DNA of 64,000 nucleotides from Flavitalea sp. (GTDB lineage Bacteria; Bacteroidota; Bacteroidia; Chitinophagales; Chitinophagaceae): NCBI GenBank assembly GCA_035489435.1, contig DATHKG010000005.1; one strand, 5' to 3'. Shown piece by piece: positions 1 to 9,711 of this stretch (position 1 is its first letter; each line of letters starts with the position of its first letter). The notes under the pieces were generated by a model. It saw only the letters and a program-made list of their open reading frames with translations, ran no database searches and was not told where the DNA came from. The position numbers and the translations under genes were made by a program.

Positions 1-1505
1 ATCTTATTGCCTCCAGGTGTATCAATGGTGATTGTTTTAGTATCATCTTTAAAACTTATGTGCATTTTACTTCGTGTAGTAAATCCCTTCTCATGATTCG
101 TGTCCTTTGCTTTTATGGGAGCAGGTTTTGCACTACTGTGCAACATTCCCAGTACAACAGCATCACGCGGATCATCATTGATGAATCCAACGATAACCTC
201 ATCGCCTATCTCCGGACGAAAAAAAGCACCGCGATCGGATCCCGCATCGAGGCTTGCAACCCTGGTCCAGATTCCCTGCGCGGTATTATCTATGATCGGG
301 ATTTTTACCAATATCCTGTCTTCACCATCCGGATCATTCTCCAATTGCACCACCTTTCCCGTATGCAATCCATGGATACCGCCGGAAAGTCCAGCGGCAA
401 GTCCATCATTCAAATCGTCGTGCTCAAATACATAACGCGCCGGATCCAAACCGAACTGGATATGTGAATCCCACATTCCGTTACCCATTTCATGTCTAAC
501 AGCAGTAACGAATGCTTTCCCTTTGAAACGATCACCAACTCCTTCGAGAGTAACAAGATCTCCTGGCTTTACTCCAGAAAAACCGGTGAATTTAGCCCGG
601 CCCCGGATCTTCGCCATCCTGCTTCTCAACATCACACTATCCGCCCATTCCTTTAATTCCTGTTCGAGCACATGTCCGCTATGCCGGATCTCAAATTTTT
701 CGAGGTCTATAGTGTTTGCCAGTTCGGTTGCTGTTAAGTTCCCATGCTCACCAAAAGGAGCTTTTGAAGACTCAGCATCAAAAAGATCCTGATTTTTATA
801 GTCCCATGAATAAGCCTGCACATTTTTCCATTGCGTACGCGCATCCATCTCTGCTTCAAATTCCAGAATCGAGGACCCATAATTCAGATTCAGGACGGCG
901 TTAGCGGAACTATCCGGCTTTGCTATTTTAATAACACCATCACTAACGTTCACCAACATACTATTTGCCTCAGCCCGGAGCAACATGAAATCCCAATCGC
1001 TGATATGATGCTGTACCAGTTCTTTATGTTTCGTTTTTGTAGATGACACGTCAGCCTTAAGAGAATACTTCGCATACTTCTTTATCAATTCATCAAAAAC
1101 ATCGCTGTCTTTTACATTTTCGAAATAATGGCTATGACGTCCCACCGCCATCCTGATAGAATCATCCCTGCATTCGATCACCAGTTCGCCATTGCCATTT
1201 TCTTTCACTTTGATCGCATGCTTTATGATGATTCCTTTGAACAGCTGCGCGTTCTCCCCATCAAGACCGATTTTGATCATGATCTTTTTACCCGGAATGA
1301 ATTCGTCTGTATTGCTTAATTCAAAAGTTCTCTCGGATGCTTCGCCATCACGGAAAACGATTCTTGCCGAAGGGATTCGATTGATCTCCTTTGTAACAAG
1401 AATGGATAGAACCTGGTAAGCAGGGCTGACAGCTTTATCATTGATCATGATCGTGTAAGTGACCATGTCATGACGCGAAGTATTTGGTATCAGTAAATCT
1501 CCCAT
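1..1505 (-). CDS. eCIS spike protein, VgrG / gp27-gp5-like (Afp8-like); 3' partial, stop lies beyond window start
   Basis: The given ORF track omits ORFs without an in-window stop, so this was translated by hand. Reverse-complement translation from the ATG at 1505-1503 gives MGDLLIPNTSRHDMVTYTIMINDKAVSPAYQVL... and later ...RPEIGDEVIVGFINDDPRDAVVLGMLHSS..., the OB-fold signature of gp5/VgrG spikes. The ATG overlaps the upstream stop as TAATG (translational coupling). Confidence 0.8.
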   Translation of the reverse strand, partial: MGDLLIPNTSRHDMVTYTIMINDKAVSPAYQVLSILVTKEINRIPSARIVFRDGEASERTFELSNTDEFIPGKKIMIKIGLDGENAQLFKGIIIKHAIKVKENGNGELVIECRDDSIRMAVGRHSHYFENVKDSDVFDELIKKYAKYSLKADVSSTKTKHKELVQHHISDWDFMLLRAEANSMLVNVSDGVIKIAKPDSSANAVLNLNYGSSILEFEAEMDARTQWKNVQAYSWDYKNQDLFDAESSKAPFGEHGNLTATELANTIDLEKFEIRHSGHVLEQELKEWADSVMLRSRMAKIRGRAKFTGFSGVKPGDLVTLEGVGDRFKGKAFVTAVRHEMGNGMWDSHIQFGLDPARYVFEHDDLNDGLAAGLSGGIHGLHTGKVVQLENDPDGEDRILVKIPIIDNTAQGIWTRVASLDAGSDRGAFFRPEIGDEVIVGFINDDPRDAVVLGMLHSSAKPAPIKAKDTNHEKGFTTRSKMHISFKDDTKTITIDTPGGNK

Positions 1506-2245
1506 TATATTTCTTTTTGATCAAAGGGTGGAAAATAGAGATCGCTGCCAGACCTGATCCGCCGAATAGTTGTCAAATGATTTACCTTGCCGACCTGGAG
1601 CAGGTATTTCGGATCGTTATAGATACGGTAAGTCAGGTAATCCAGACGGTCGCCTTCTTTAACCCGCCGGTAATGCGTTAGATCCGGTGAACTGGGTTTA
1701 TCTTCAGCAATCCTTTGTTCCCGCGTTTTATAATCAACAAAAGTGCAACTAAGCTTTGCCCGCAGCGGCTTGCCATCAGGGTTGAACAATGTATAGTTGA
1801 TATCGAGGCTGGACAATACACACCTGAATCGTATTTCAGAGCCCCAAATGAGCAGTAAGAATTTCGGACGATGGATCTTCTTCGACATCTTGTATACACA
1901 GTCCAGGAAATTCTTCAACTGTTGTTCAACAGGCAATACTTCATTGACGATCTTTCTGTCTTCCAGTTTCGCTTCGACATTGACCCGCCGGTATCCTTCC
2001 ATTGTTGCGGTGCCATCGAGAATAAAATCCAGTTTTAATTCTTCAGGTGCAACAGATTTGAACCGTACATCCGTCCCCCGGCCACCGTGCCCTCTCCGAA
2101 CATCCACATCGATCTTGAGGGTCTTGGTGAACGATTCCGGATTGATCGGAGTAACGAATGTAGGTGTCTTCTTATCCAACTCTTCTCCCGGATCTGTAAA
2201 CTCCTTATCCTCGAAGGAATATATCCTTACTTTTTGTAATTCCAT
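1505..2245 (-). CDS. eCIS tube initiator with C-terminal LysM domain (Afp7/Pvc7-like)
   Basis: 246 aa. The N-terminal half is tube-like. The C-terminus HYRRVKEGDRLDYLTYRIYNDPKYLLQVGKVNHL...IRSGSDLYFP fits the LysM pattern. It sits between tube genes and the spike, as in Afp/PVC operons. Confidence 0.7.
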   Translation of the reverse strand: MELQKVRIYSFEDKEFTDPGEELDKKTPTFVTPINPESFTKTLKIDVDVRRGHGGRGTDVRFKSVAPEELKLDFILDGTATMEGYRRVNVEAKLEDRKIVNEVLPVEQQLKNFLDCVYKMSKKIHRPKFLLLIWGSEIRFRCVLSSLDINYTLFNPDGKPLRAKLSCTFVDYKTREQRIAEDKPSSPDLTHYRRVKEGDRLDYLTYRIYNDPKYLLQVGKVNHLTTIRRIRSGSDLYFPPFDQKEI

Positions 2246-2422
2246 TTAGCGTTCGTTTTTATCTTTCAGAATTTCCATAATCCGTTGAATGCATATGTTG
2301 ACAATTTCTTCGTTTGGTGATACTGAGTTATTCTCTGCGCCCGCAGGCGTCGCTCCTCCGGCAGCATCATCCTGAACTACCGTGGCTTTAATAATGAGTT
2401 CACGAATTTCAATAGGCATAGT

Positions 2423-2896
2423 TTATCTGTTTACAAAAGAGATATAATTGTAATTCAGTTCGAGTGTTTCGATCAATACCTCACCGCGTTCAGCATTCAA
2501 TTCACCGATCTTCCAACTCCTCGGCCATACATTATTCACTGTCCATTGTAAAAGCGGATTGTGTTCCTCATCAAGTAATTGTATATCCACGATTCCAATT
2601 GGAATTACGATCTGATCCTGGAATGCAAGATTCAGCCATTTCGTCACACCCGATTCCGAAGAAAGCAGTACACCTCTCTTAAGGATTAATGGTCCATACT
2701 TTCTTCTTACCGGGATAACATGCTCAAAACGATTTTCACCTCCCTCCTTGACCGTCTCTGTTTCGATCGTCGAATCGAGGCCGGTTACAGATTGAAAACG
2801 TGTATCGAAAGACTCCGTATCATCCGGAGAAAAGCAAACCCTGAAATGAAAACCGGGTAGCTGGTAAAACTCGTCCTGACTTTTACGTTTTTCCAT
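2423..2896 (-). CDS. contractile tail tube protein (T4 gp19-like), second paralog
   Basis: 157 aa. FHFRVCF...FQSVTGLDSTIETETVKEGGEN...PLILKRGV...LLQWTVNNVWP...EVLIETLEL matches the gp19/Afp1/Afp5 tube family pattern. Confidence 0.85.
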   Translation of the reverse strand: MEKRKSQDEFYQLPGFHFRVCFSPDDTESFDTRFQSVTGLDSTIETETVKEGGENRFEHVIPVRRKYGPLILKRGVLLSSESGVTKWLNLAFQDQIVIPIGIVDIQLLDEEHNPLLQWTVNNVWPRSWKIGELNAERGEVLIETLELNYNYISFVNR

Positions 2897-2906
2897 TTAC
2901 TCAGTT

Positions 2907-3389
2907 TTATTTTAATAGGATATCCAATCCCTCGTGCACGAGTTCCATAGTTTCAATCGCCACCTCATTCGCATCCGCTTTCAGATCGGTTGATTGAATT
3001 TTTGAGGGCCATGCATTTTGAAGCGTCCAGGTTATGATCGCATTGTGTTCTTCATTCAGCAATTTGATTGTAACAGGCCGCCTGAATTTCGATCCTGTTT
3101 TATTTCCTTCCTGGAAATAATAGGTTTTCTTCCATTCATTGAAGTAGGCGAAGTCCCCTTCGAATGTGCCTCGCTTCAGCGTGACGTTGGCGAATTTGGT
3201 CAATCCAGGTTGTTTGGTCTTATTGTATTTTTTACTGTTGCCTTCACGATACTCAATAACTTCTGTTTCAAAATCCAATCCACTGACTTCAGTAAATCCG
3301 ATCCGATACTCTTTTTCATCGGGTTTAATACTTGCCCATTCAACCTGGAAATGGAATTTTGGAATGGGATAATCTCCTTTCGCTGGCAT
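2907..3389 (-). CDS. contractile tail tube protein (T4 gp19-like), first paralog
   Basis: 160 aa. PKFHFQVEW...FTEVSGLDFETEVIEYREGN...TLKRGTFEGD...AIITWTLQNAWPSKI...EVAIETMEL is a classic tube family pattern. Paralogous to 2423-2896. Confidence 0.85.
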   Translation of the reverse strand: MPAKGDYPIPKFHFQVEWASIKPDEKEYRIGFTEVSGLDFETEVIEYREGNSKKYNKTKQPGLTKFANVTLKRGTFEGDFAYFNEWKKTYYFQEGNKTGSKFRRPVTIKLLNEEHNAIITWTLQNAWPSKIQSTDLKADANEVAIETMELVHEGLDILLK

Positions 3390-3421
3390 ATGAATTGTTT
3401 TAATGATGATTATAAAATTGA

Positions 3422-4495
3422 TTATTTACACCTGTCTTTTGGATTAACCTCTTTGATTGCATTTTCGAGACTTACCTTACAAGCAGTAAGCAATTCTTTT
3501 TCTTTTTTTGCGTCATTCAGTTTTTTCGAAAGTTCAGGCACACACTTCTCGTCCTTGTCAAGCATTTTTTTGATCTTTCCTTTATAACCATCCCTGCAAA
3601 TAGGAAAACCAATTGTTGGCGTTAAATCGCATTTTTCCTGCTCACATGGATCATTCGATGGTTTCTGCTCCTGCTGTCCATAGCCCTGCTGCTTTACAGG
3701 TGGTTTTGTTTCATCCTCATCCTTGCAGTCGACATTCGCATCTTTGCAATCGTCCCAACACTCAAATGCACAATACCATTCACAGATTATGGTTTTGAAT
3801 CCGTACCGCGGTTTTGCCTCATTACAATCACAGGGTTTTCTGTTTGGATCACAGGGATTATAGGAATCATCATCGCGTGGACAACTCTGTGTAGAAATAT
3901 TATTCCGGATAAGCTGGGCGAGTCGGATCGCCTCAACAATAGCGGTTATCAGTGCTGCCCTGGTTTTAATAACTTCCTCCAGCTTTTTGTAATACTCACC
4001 AAGGCATTTCAGGATTCCCTGGTCCCTGACCAACGACGGATCATTATTGCTATTGATGCAATTTTGCAGGAAGTCATACCGGATTTTAATCTGATCGACC
4101 TGGAAATAAAAATCCCTGATCATGCAAAAAAGAATTTCTATCGCCTCAGTTGCTTTGCAGGAGTTATACCAGATCTTTTCTGATTGACTGGCGAGAATAT
4201 CAAGTTGATGACAAATCAAACGCGCTTTGTCCTCGGCGTCTATCAGTTCATCGATCCATTTCCTATACCGGTTACGCCTGTCCATGATAACACTCAATTG
4301 CTTTTCCATTTGAAGCACTTCCTCTACTTTGCTGGTGTAACGGCAGGTTACTTCTTTCAATTCATCTCTCCAATCATCATAGCAGCAATCCGTACATTTT
4401 GGATCATCCGGTGGATCTTTCCGGCAGCAGTCGAATAGCTGACTACCTTCGCCGATATTTTTATCTGAGGGTTGATAATTATGCTGTGTTAACAT
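3422..4495 (-). CDS. Cys-rich coiled-coil protein of unknown function embedded in eCIS operon
   Basis: 357 aa. Cys clusters at both ends (DCCRKDPPDDPKCTDCCYDDW; CPRDDDSYNPCDPNRKPCDCNEAKP...CEWYCAFECWDDCKDANVDCKDED) flank a central charged helical region. Same strand and tight spacing with the sheath and tube genes. Confidence 0.6.
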   Translation of the reverse strand: MLTQHNYQPSDKNIGEGSQLFDCCRKDPPDDPKCTDCCYDDWRDELKEVTCRYTSKVEEVLQMEKQLSVIMDRRNRYRKWIDELIDAEDKARLICHQLDILASQSEKIWYNSCKATEAIEILFCMIRDFYFQVDQIKIRYDFLQNCINSNNDPSLVRDQGILKCLGEYYKKLEEVIKTRAALITAIVEAIRLAQLIRNNISTQSCPRDDDSYNPCDPNRKPCDCNEAKPRYGFKTIICEWYCAFECWDDCKDANVDCKDEDETKPPVKQQGYGQQEQKPSNDPCEQEKCDLTPTIGFPICRDGYKGKIKKMLDKDEKCVPELSKKLNDAKKEKELLTACKVSLENAIKEVNPKDRCK

Positions 4496-4536
4496 AATAT
4501 TTCATTTACTGGTTAAATACAATTATTGATAACTTT

Positions 4537-5565
4537 TTAGTCTGCGTAGTGATTTTGAGTTGTCGCCGGAGGTTTGGTTGTTTCAGTGCAGCAAAACGTG
4601 ACCTTTACTTCACCACATATTTCGCAGATACATTCCTCGCTTCCTTTAAGGCGCGGCTCACAAATCTTATCGTCCGGCTGTTTGAGGCAACGGCATTTTG
4701 GACAGCAGAGGAATTTTGCCGCGTCGTAATACCCTTCGAAAGTAGCACGGGCATTATTCCTATCGATTGCAGCTTTAGTAATATCCTGCACAGACTTAAC
4801 AAGATCTTCCTGTAGTTTTTTCAGATCCGTTTCGCGGGCCTTCACTATGTCTCCGATCAGCGTCTTGAACGATTTTGATTTTTCATCCAGTAATTTCTGC
4901 TGTGGCTCAAGCGTATCAATGTTTGAAAATACCTGTATCCCAACTACGTCGTGTGCAGACTTGAAAATGGAATCAATATCTGTTGCAAGTGCCTTTGGCA
5001 TGCAAATCAGTTCTTTTATCCAATTGTCCGAACCGTTGCATGCGTCCGGGATCTTTGGTTGATCTTTGCAATCCTCGGTTGTTTTACCAGTTAATGCCCT
5101 TCGTTGGGTACTATTGCAACTGTCCTTAAAGCAACTGTCAAGATCACAGGCCGCTTTTTTAAGGTCGCTGAATTTACCCTTAGCTTCTTTTACACCCTTT
5201 GCGATTTCTTTGAGTTTGTCGGAAAGTTTTTTATTCCAGTCTTTCAACTGCGTCACATTCGCTTTTAGCGACTCATTGGTCTGTGAAAGTTCAGTTCCTA
5301 TTGTGATGTCGAAATTGCGAAAGCGTCTATAGTTTTCCTCGGAGTACCGGAACAGGCATTTCTTATCGTTGTACACCAGGTTTTCGCCATCAAACTTTTT
5401 TTCCTGCTTGTTTTTCTCACCATCCCATTCATAAAGTTTATCACAAATACCTTTCCGATCGAAATTGATCGCAGCCTGCGTCGGCAGGTCCTTCTCCTCA
5501 CAGTCCTTACAGTCCTTATCCCGGTCATCCGGCCGGGGAGGATATTTTCGTTGATCATTTGCCAT
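4537..5565 (-). CDS. Cys-rich coiled-coil protein of unknown function embedded in eCIS operon (paralog-like of 3422-4495)
   Basis: 342 aa. N-terminal DKDCKDCEEKD, C-terminal FLCCPKCRCLKQPDDKICEPRLKGSEECICEICGEVKVTFCC, K/E/D-rich helical centre. Same architecture as its neighbour. Confidence 0.6.
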   Translation of the reverse strand: MANDQRKYPPRPDDRDKDCKDCEEKDLPTQAAINFDRKGICDKLYEWDGEKNKQEKKFDGENLVYNDKKCLFRYSEENYRRFRNFDITIGTELSQTNESLKANVTQLKDWNKKLSDKLKEIAKGVKEAKGKFSDLKKAACDLDSCFKDSCNSTQRRALTGKTTEDCKDQPKIPDACNGSDNWIKELICMPKALATDIDSIFKSAHDVVGIQVFSNIDTLEPQQKLLDEKSKSFKTLIGDIVKARETDLKKLQEDLVKSVQDITKAAIDRNNARATFEGYYDAAKFLCCPKCRCLKQPDDKICEPRLKGSEECICEICGEVKVTFCCTETTKPPATTQNHYAD

Positions 5566-5604
5566 TTTGATATGATTTAACGGTTAATGGAATTTATAAG
5601 GCGA

Positions 5605-6999
5605 CTATTCAGATAACATTTTATGCATGAATTTCAAGATGATGAATTCAGCCGGCCGAACAACAGCCATTCCTATTTCGACGATCATTCGTCCCTCCCA
5701 TATGTCTACTTCAGTCATCGTCTCACCCAGTCCAACCTTTATGAAGAATGCTTCTGCTGTTGTTGTGCCCTGAAGTGCGCCTGCTTTCCATTGTTGTGTG
5801 AGATAATTTGAGATCATGGATTTCACCCGGATCCAGGTATTAAGATCATTGGGCTCAAATACAAATTGTTCCGTTGCATTTTTTGTTGATTCTTCCACCA
5901 TGTTGAAGAAGCGTCGGACAGGAATATATCGCCATTCATTGTCGTTGCCGGCAAGCGTTCTCGCCCCCCAGACCACGGCAGCACCGCGACCGGTAAATGT
6001 TCGGATGACATTGATGGATTTTCCCGCTACGTTATCCACGTTCAGGTCTTCCTGCTCCTTATGCGTGACCAGGAATTCCGGGCTGTCAACAAAGTCGAGA
6101 TTAACATTTGCCGGCGCTTTCCAAACTCCCCTGGAATTATCCACCTCTGCATACTTACCAACAACCGAAGATGAAGCCGGAAGCAAAACCTCTATATCGT
6201 CAATTGCAGCCTTAGCCATAAAGTAGAAGGAATTATTCTTTGTCTTCAATTCTGCCAGAGTGCCTGTGAGTGTTGCATCTCCTTTCCCGATGATGTTCAC
6301 CGTTTCATCACCGCCATATTTGTATTCAATCTGTGAGTTAATGCGCGGATAATAAATGGCTCCGTATTTCAAACGATCTGTATCACCTGAAATTCGCAAC
6401 CTTGCTTCCGCAATATTTTCAGACTTCAGGAATTCGGGATTGATATAAACATCTCCCACCGCAAACCTGTCCTTAAGATCTTTACATTGATCGAGCGCCT
6501 CAACGAAAAGAGAGTAATAGCTGGCGGCCTCCGTGATGTTCAGGCCATCAGGAAAAACGATAAGCGTTACTTCATTGATCTTTGCAACTTCATCCAATCC
6601 GGACTTCAGCGTTGCCTGGCCGATGACTCCTCCACCGGTGTAATCGCCCACAGAAACGATATAGCAGGGTCCTCCTCCATTAATGAAGAACATTTGGAGT
6701 GAATAAAACATCAGGTAGTTTGACCTGTTCTCGACCTTACCCTGTACTTCCACTCTTGTACCGCTTGTATCGATGGTGACGATGATACCTGCTTCCGGCT
6801 GCGGGCCGCCGAAATAGAGTTCGTAGTCAAGCATTGAAGTAATCCGGAATGGAACGTTTCGCAAATCATCGTCCTCTTTGCGTTTTGCTTTTTCGGTATA
6901 ACCAATAAATGCTGGTATCGCGGTTTCAACTGAGGCGATGGAGGGTGGAAGCCTCCTGATTTCCTCAATATAGACACCTGGCGTTTTGTATTCTGGCAT
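5605..6999 (-). CDS. contractile tail sheath protein (eCIS sheath, Afp2-4/Pvc2-like)
   Basis: 464 aa. N-terminus MPEYKTPGVYIEEI...AIPAFIGYTEKA, plus ...SRGVWKAPANV...VNVIRTFTGRGAAVVWGARTL..., are hallmarks of the phage/T6SS/eCIS sheath family. Confidence 0.9.
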   Translation of the reverse strand: MPEYKTPGVYIEEIRRLPPSIASVETAIPAFIGYTEKAKRKEDDDLRNVPFRITSMLDYELYFGGPQPEAGIIVTIDTSGTRVEVQGKVENRSNYLMFYSLQMFFINGGGPCYIVSVGDYTGGGVIGQATLKSGLDEVAKINEVTLIVFPDGLNITEAASYYSLFVEALDQCKDLKDRFAVGDVYINPEFLKSENIAEARLRISGDTDRLKYGAIYYPRINSQIEYKYGGDETVNIIGKGDATLTGTLAELKTKNNSFYFMAKAAIDDIEVLLPASSSVVGKYAEVDNSRGVWKAPANVNLDFVDSPEFLVTHKEQEDLNVDNVAGKSINVIRTFTGRGAAVVWGARTLAGNDNEWRYIPVRRFFNMVEESTKNATEQFVFEPNDLNTWIRVKSMISNYLTQQWKAGALQGTTTAEAFFIKVGLGETMTEVDIWEGRMIVEIGMAVVRPAEFIILKFMHKMLSE

Positions 7000-7052
7000 A
7001 TAAAATTGTTTTATTTGTGAAGAATATTGTCCGGTTAGATGATACCGTTAGG

Positions 7053-8366
7053 TCAGGGCCCTTTTGAAAAAATTCCGGCGACCGGCACAACGATATCAGC
7101 AAACAGGCGCTGTTGCTCACCAACTGTGATAACCGTTGACTCGGGATGAGGGAGATAATCAGGCGGTGTGGACCCGTTTCTTTTGAAAGGAAAGGCAGTG
7201 AAAGACGAGGAACGGGGAGCTTTTGATATCAGTTTTCCATTTTCATCATCAAGGTGGAATTGCAGAATCTCTGGCGCAGGCTTGAGTTTTTTGTCGTCCT
7301 TACTGAAGTAACGGAAATAAACAATCCTGCTCTTGAATCTCAGTTCATATTTAGTATGAGGCACCTTTGTGCCATCGGCAAGAATATGCGTTGTAAGAGT
7401 TCCGTCACCCCGCAATAACGCGAAGGTGTTACCTGTTTTGCTGATCTTTATTCCGATAACAGCGAGATTGTCTCCACTGTATATTGTTTTATCGAGATAA
7501 AAACTCCTGGTGTCAGTGAAATTGTTATTACCGATCACTTCCAGTTCATAGCGCCCCGCTTGTAGTTCCTGATTATTTTCATCTCTCGAAAAATTCAGGG
7601 CGGCTGTGGCTATTCGCCCGGTTTGGCTAAAATCAATATTTTTAACAAGATCACCATCAGATTTTTTAAGTGAGAAACTGCATTGAGTAACATTGGAATC
7701 AGGTGGAAAATAATAAGTAAAGGCTGGCGGCAATAAGGTCCTGTCGGCGCTGGTAACAAATCCCGTACCTTCAACTTTCCTCCATTGGTCTGCTGGCGCA
7801 GTGTTTTTCTTGTTCATAAATTCAAAGATTCCCTGGCCCGTCTCTATTGCCAGCTCGCCCTGCTCATATTTTTTAGTGGTGTTGATTGGATCTATCGGTT
7901 TAGATAACGAAGGGAAGATCTTATCATTCACTGAGTTGTCGTTATCAAAATAATAAATCGATTTTGTTGTCGATTGAAAGGGGAAGTTACCAAGTTGATT
8001 GCCGTCGGAATTATGGGCGCGAATGCTGAAAAATATCATTGAATCTTCTTTGGGAGTTACAAAGGGGGTATAAGTAACAGACCCGTCGGGAAGCGTTTGC
8101 TTTTTAACCTCAATGGCTACCCTAAAGCCAGTGATGGTCGGCAGAAGACGCATTCGCCATCCCTTTAAGAGTGCTTCAGAACTTTCCAACACCTTAATTT
8201 CCCAGTCAGATTGCAGCCGGTAAAAATTGTCTTTAATTTTTTCCTGCAACAGCTTTTCTCTCGACTGAGCATCAGTGATATTGAAATAGGATTCACCTTT
8301 ACTGTTGATCAGGTAATATTCATGCAATAGCATGACTTCAAACAATATCTTATAAACAACAGACAT
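7053..8366 (-). CDS. hypothetical eCIS-associated protein (between cap and sheath)
   Basis: 437-aa ORF, co-directional, 50-bp gaps to its neighbours. No motif I can assign. Confidence 0.55.
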   Translation of the reverse strand: MSVVYKILFEVMLLHEYYLINSKGESYFNITDAQSREKLLQEKIKDNFYRLQSDWEIKVLESSEALLKGWRMRLLPTITGFRVAIEVKKQTLPDGSVTYTPFVTPKEDSMIFFSIRAHNSDGNQLGNFPFQSTTKSIYYFDNDNSVNDKIFPSLSKPIDPINTTKKYEQGELAIETGQGIFEFMNKKNTAPADQWRKVEGTGFVTSADRTLLPPAFTYYFPPDSNVTQCSFSLKKSDGDLVKNIDFSQTGRIATAALNFSRDENNQELQAGRYELEVIGNNNFTDTRSFYLDKTIYSGDNLAVIGIKISKTGNTFALLRGDGTLTTHILADGTKVPHTKYELRFKSRIVYFRYFSKDDKKLKPAPEILQFHLDDENGKLISKAPRSSSFTAFPFKRNGSTPPDYLPHPESTVITVGEQQRLFADIVVPVAGIFSKGP

Positions 8367-8368
8367 GA

Positions 8369-9022
8369 TTAATGATTGTCAGTAATTTTTACAATATTGG
8401 TCGTAACTTCTTCGATAAGAGGAACAATCTTCTGAACGCTTTTATCCGTGATCATTACAAGGCGCATTTTGTACATCGCAAACGGAATCTGTCTTCCACC
8501 CAATGATCCCCACAAGTGATTGATCTGTTCGAACGTCAGCGTATATAGTTCAGCGATAATCTTCAAATTTGCTATTTCCGGCTTGCTGAGGTCGCCCAGG
8601 TCGCCGGGCAGAATCACGGGGGAAGTAGCTGGTGTAAATGTGTTCTTTCCCTGGAAAAACCTGATCACAAGTGAAAGCCTTTTCAGCGCTTGTACATAGG
8701 CGTTATTTGGGGGAACGCCACCTGTAAAATTGGAAGTAAAGAGTACATACAGATTGAGGAATACCGGCCGATTTTCATATCTCGCGGTGCCATCACCGAG
8801 CTTTGTAAACAGATTGCCGTTTTTCAGCGTACTTTCCTCTTCGATGTTTACAACGGAAATCACGAGGCTATTTTCAAGATTCTGCCCTTCGTCTGTATCG
8901 AAGAGACCGATATTCTCGATTACGACATTGGCAGGATCACCTTGTGCTACCATATAGGCAGACAATTCCTCCCGCAATAATATCATTGCGTTTCCAATCA
9001 CTTGTGGTTTTTTAGGAGACAA
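8369..9022 (-). CDS. putative eCIS cap/tail-terminator protein (DUF4255/Pvc16-N-like)
   Basis: 217 aa, first gene of the operon after a 400-bp promoter region. Its small size and position match the DUF4255 gene that commonly precedes the sheath in Bacteroidota and Actinobacteria eCIS loci. The family call is tentative. Confidence 0.45.
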   Translation of the reverse strand: MSPKKPQVIGNAMILLREELSAYMVAQGDPANVVIENIGLFDTDEGQNLENSLVISVVNIEEESTLKNGNLFTKLGDGTARYENRPVFLNLYVLFTSNFTGGVPPNNAYVQALKRLSLVIRFFQGKNTFTPATSPVILPGDLGDLSKPEIANLKIIAELYTLTFEQINHLWGSLGGRQIPFAMYKMRLVMITDKSVQKIVPLIEEVTTNIVKITDNH

Positions 9023-9426
9023 TAAAATTAACTACGCAACCGTAGGTCGCGTTCATACTAATCAGTAGATCATGTATCCAGAAGGGAACGGTTTTGGTGA
9101 AAGAACTCACCAGCCAAAATACTTTACAAAGTTGCGAGACAAAATTTCACTAATAATCAGGAGCTATAAGAAGAGTTAATTCGGTTTGGGATATGAATAT
9201 AGGAGATTTTTGGAATTCCACCGAAAATGGTTTTCAAATTTAAAAAGTAGAGCCGTACATAAATGGCTGGTCGGTACACCCGTTAACATACATGCTACTA
9301 AAAGAACTTATTAAGCAAAAATTTTTGACCCGGGAGCCCCCGATTTTTATGCAATGTTCAGCGCCTGTCAGCTTGGCCTCTTGATATTAAACCTTGCCAT
9401 CATAACCTTAAGACAATTAATTTTCT

Positions 9427-9711
9427 ATGAAACAAAAACCCGCAGAAAGAAAAGAGTCGAAGGTTGATTCTTATATGGAAGAAACCACTTTTATAAAATC
9501 TGAAGCGACTATTTTTATTAACTACCGCAGGGACGACAGTAAAGACGAAGCGGCATATCTGAGAGCAATAATAGCTAACCAGTTCGGGAGTGAAAAAATA
9601 TTTCGCGATCTGGATTCAATAAAGCTTGGCGCTAATTTCCCGGAAGTGATCAAACGCTTCATTCTCCTTTCGGAAATGCTAACCCAAATGGCGGCAGAGT
9701 GGTTATTTTAA
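9427..9711 (+). pseudogene. TIR-like N-terminal fragment (possible frameshifted TIR-domain gene)
   Basis: 94 aa. IFINYRRDDSKDEAAYLRAIIANQFGSEKIFRDLDSIKLGANFPEVIKRFI matches TIR strand A, helix A and strand B (FISYxxxD...L..L...G..VF.D...I..G....I). The ORF then stops. Two further ORFs follow in the other two frames. Confidence 0.35.

Noticed and set aside
60-1419. Several 60-135-aa plus-strand ORFs at the window start
   Set aside because: They lie antisense to a continuous, motif-rich VgrG/gp5 reading frame on the minus strand. The giant minus-strand frame explains the region.
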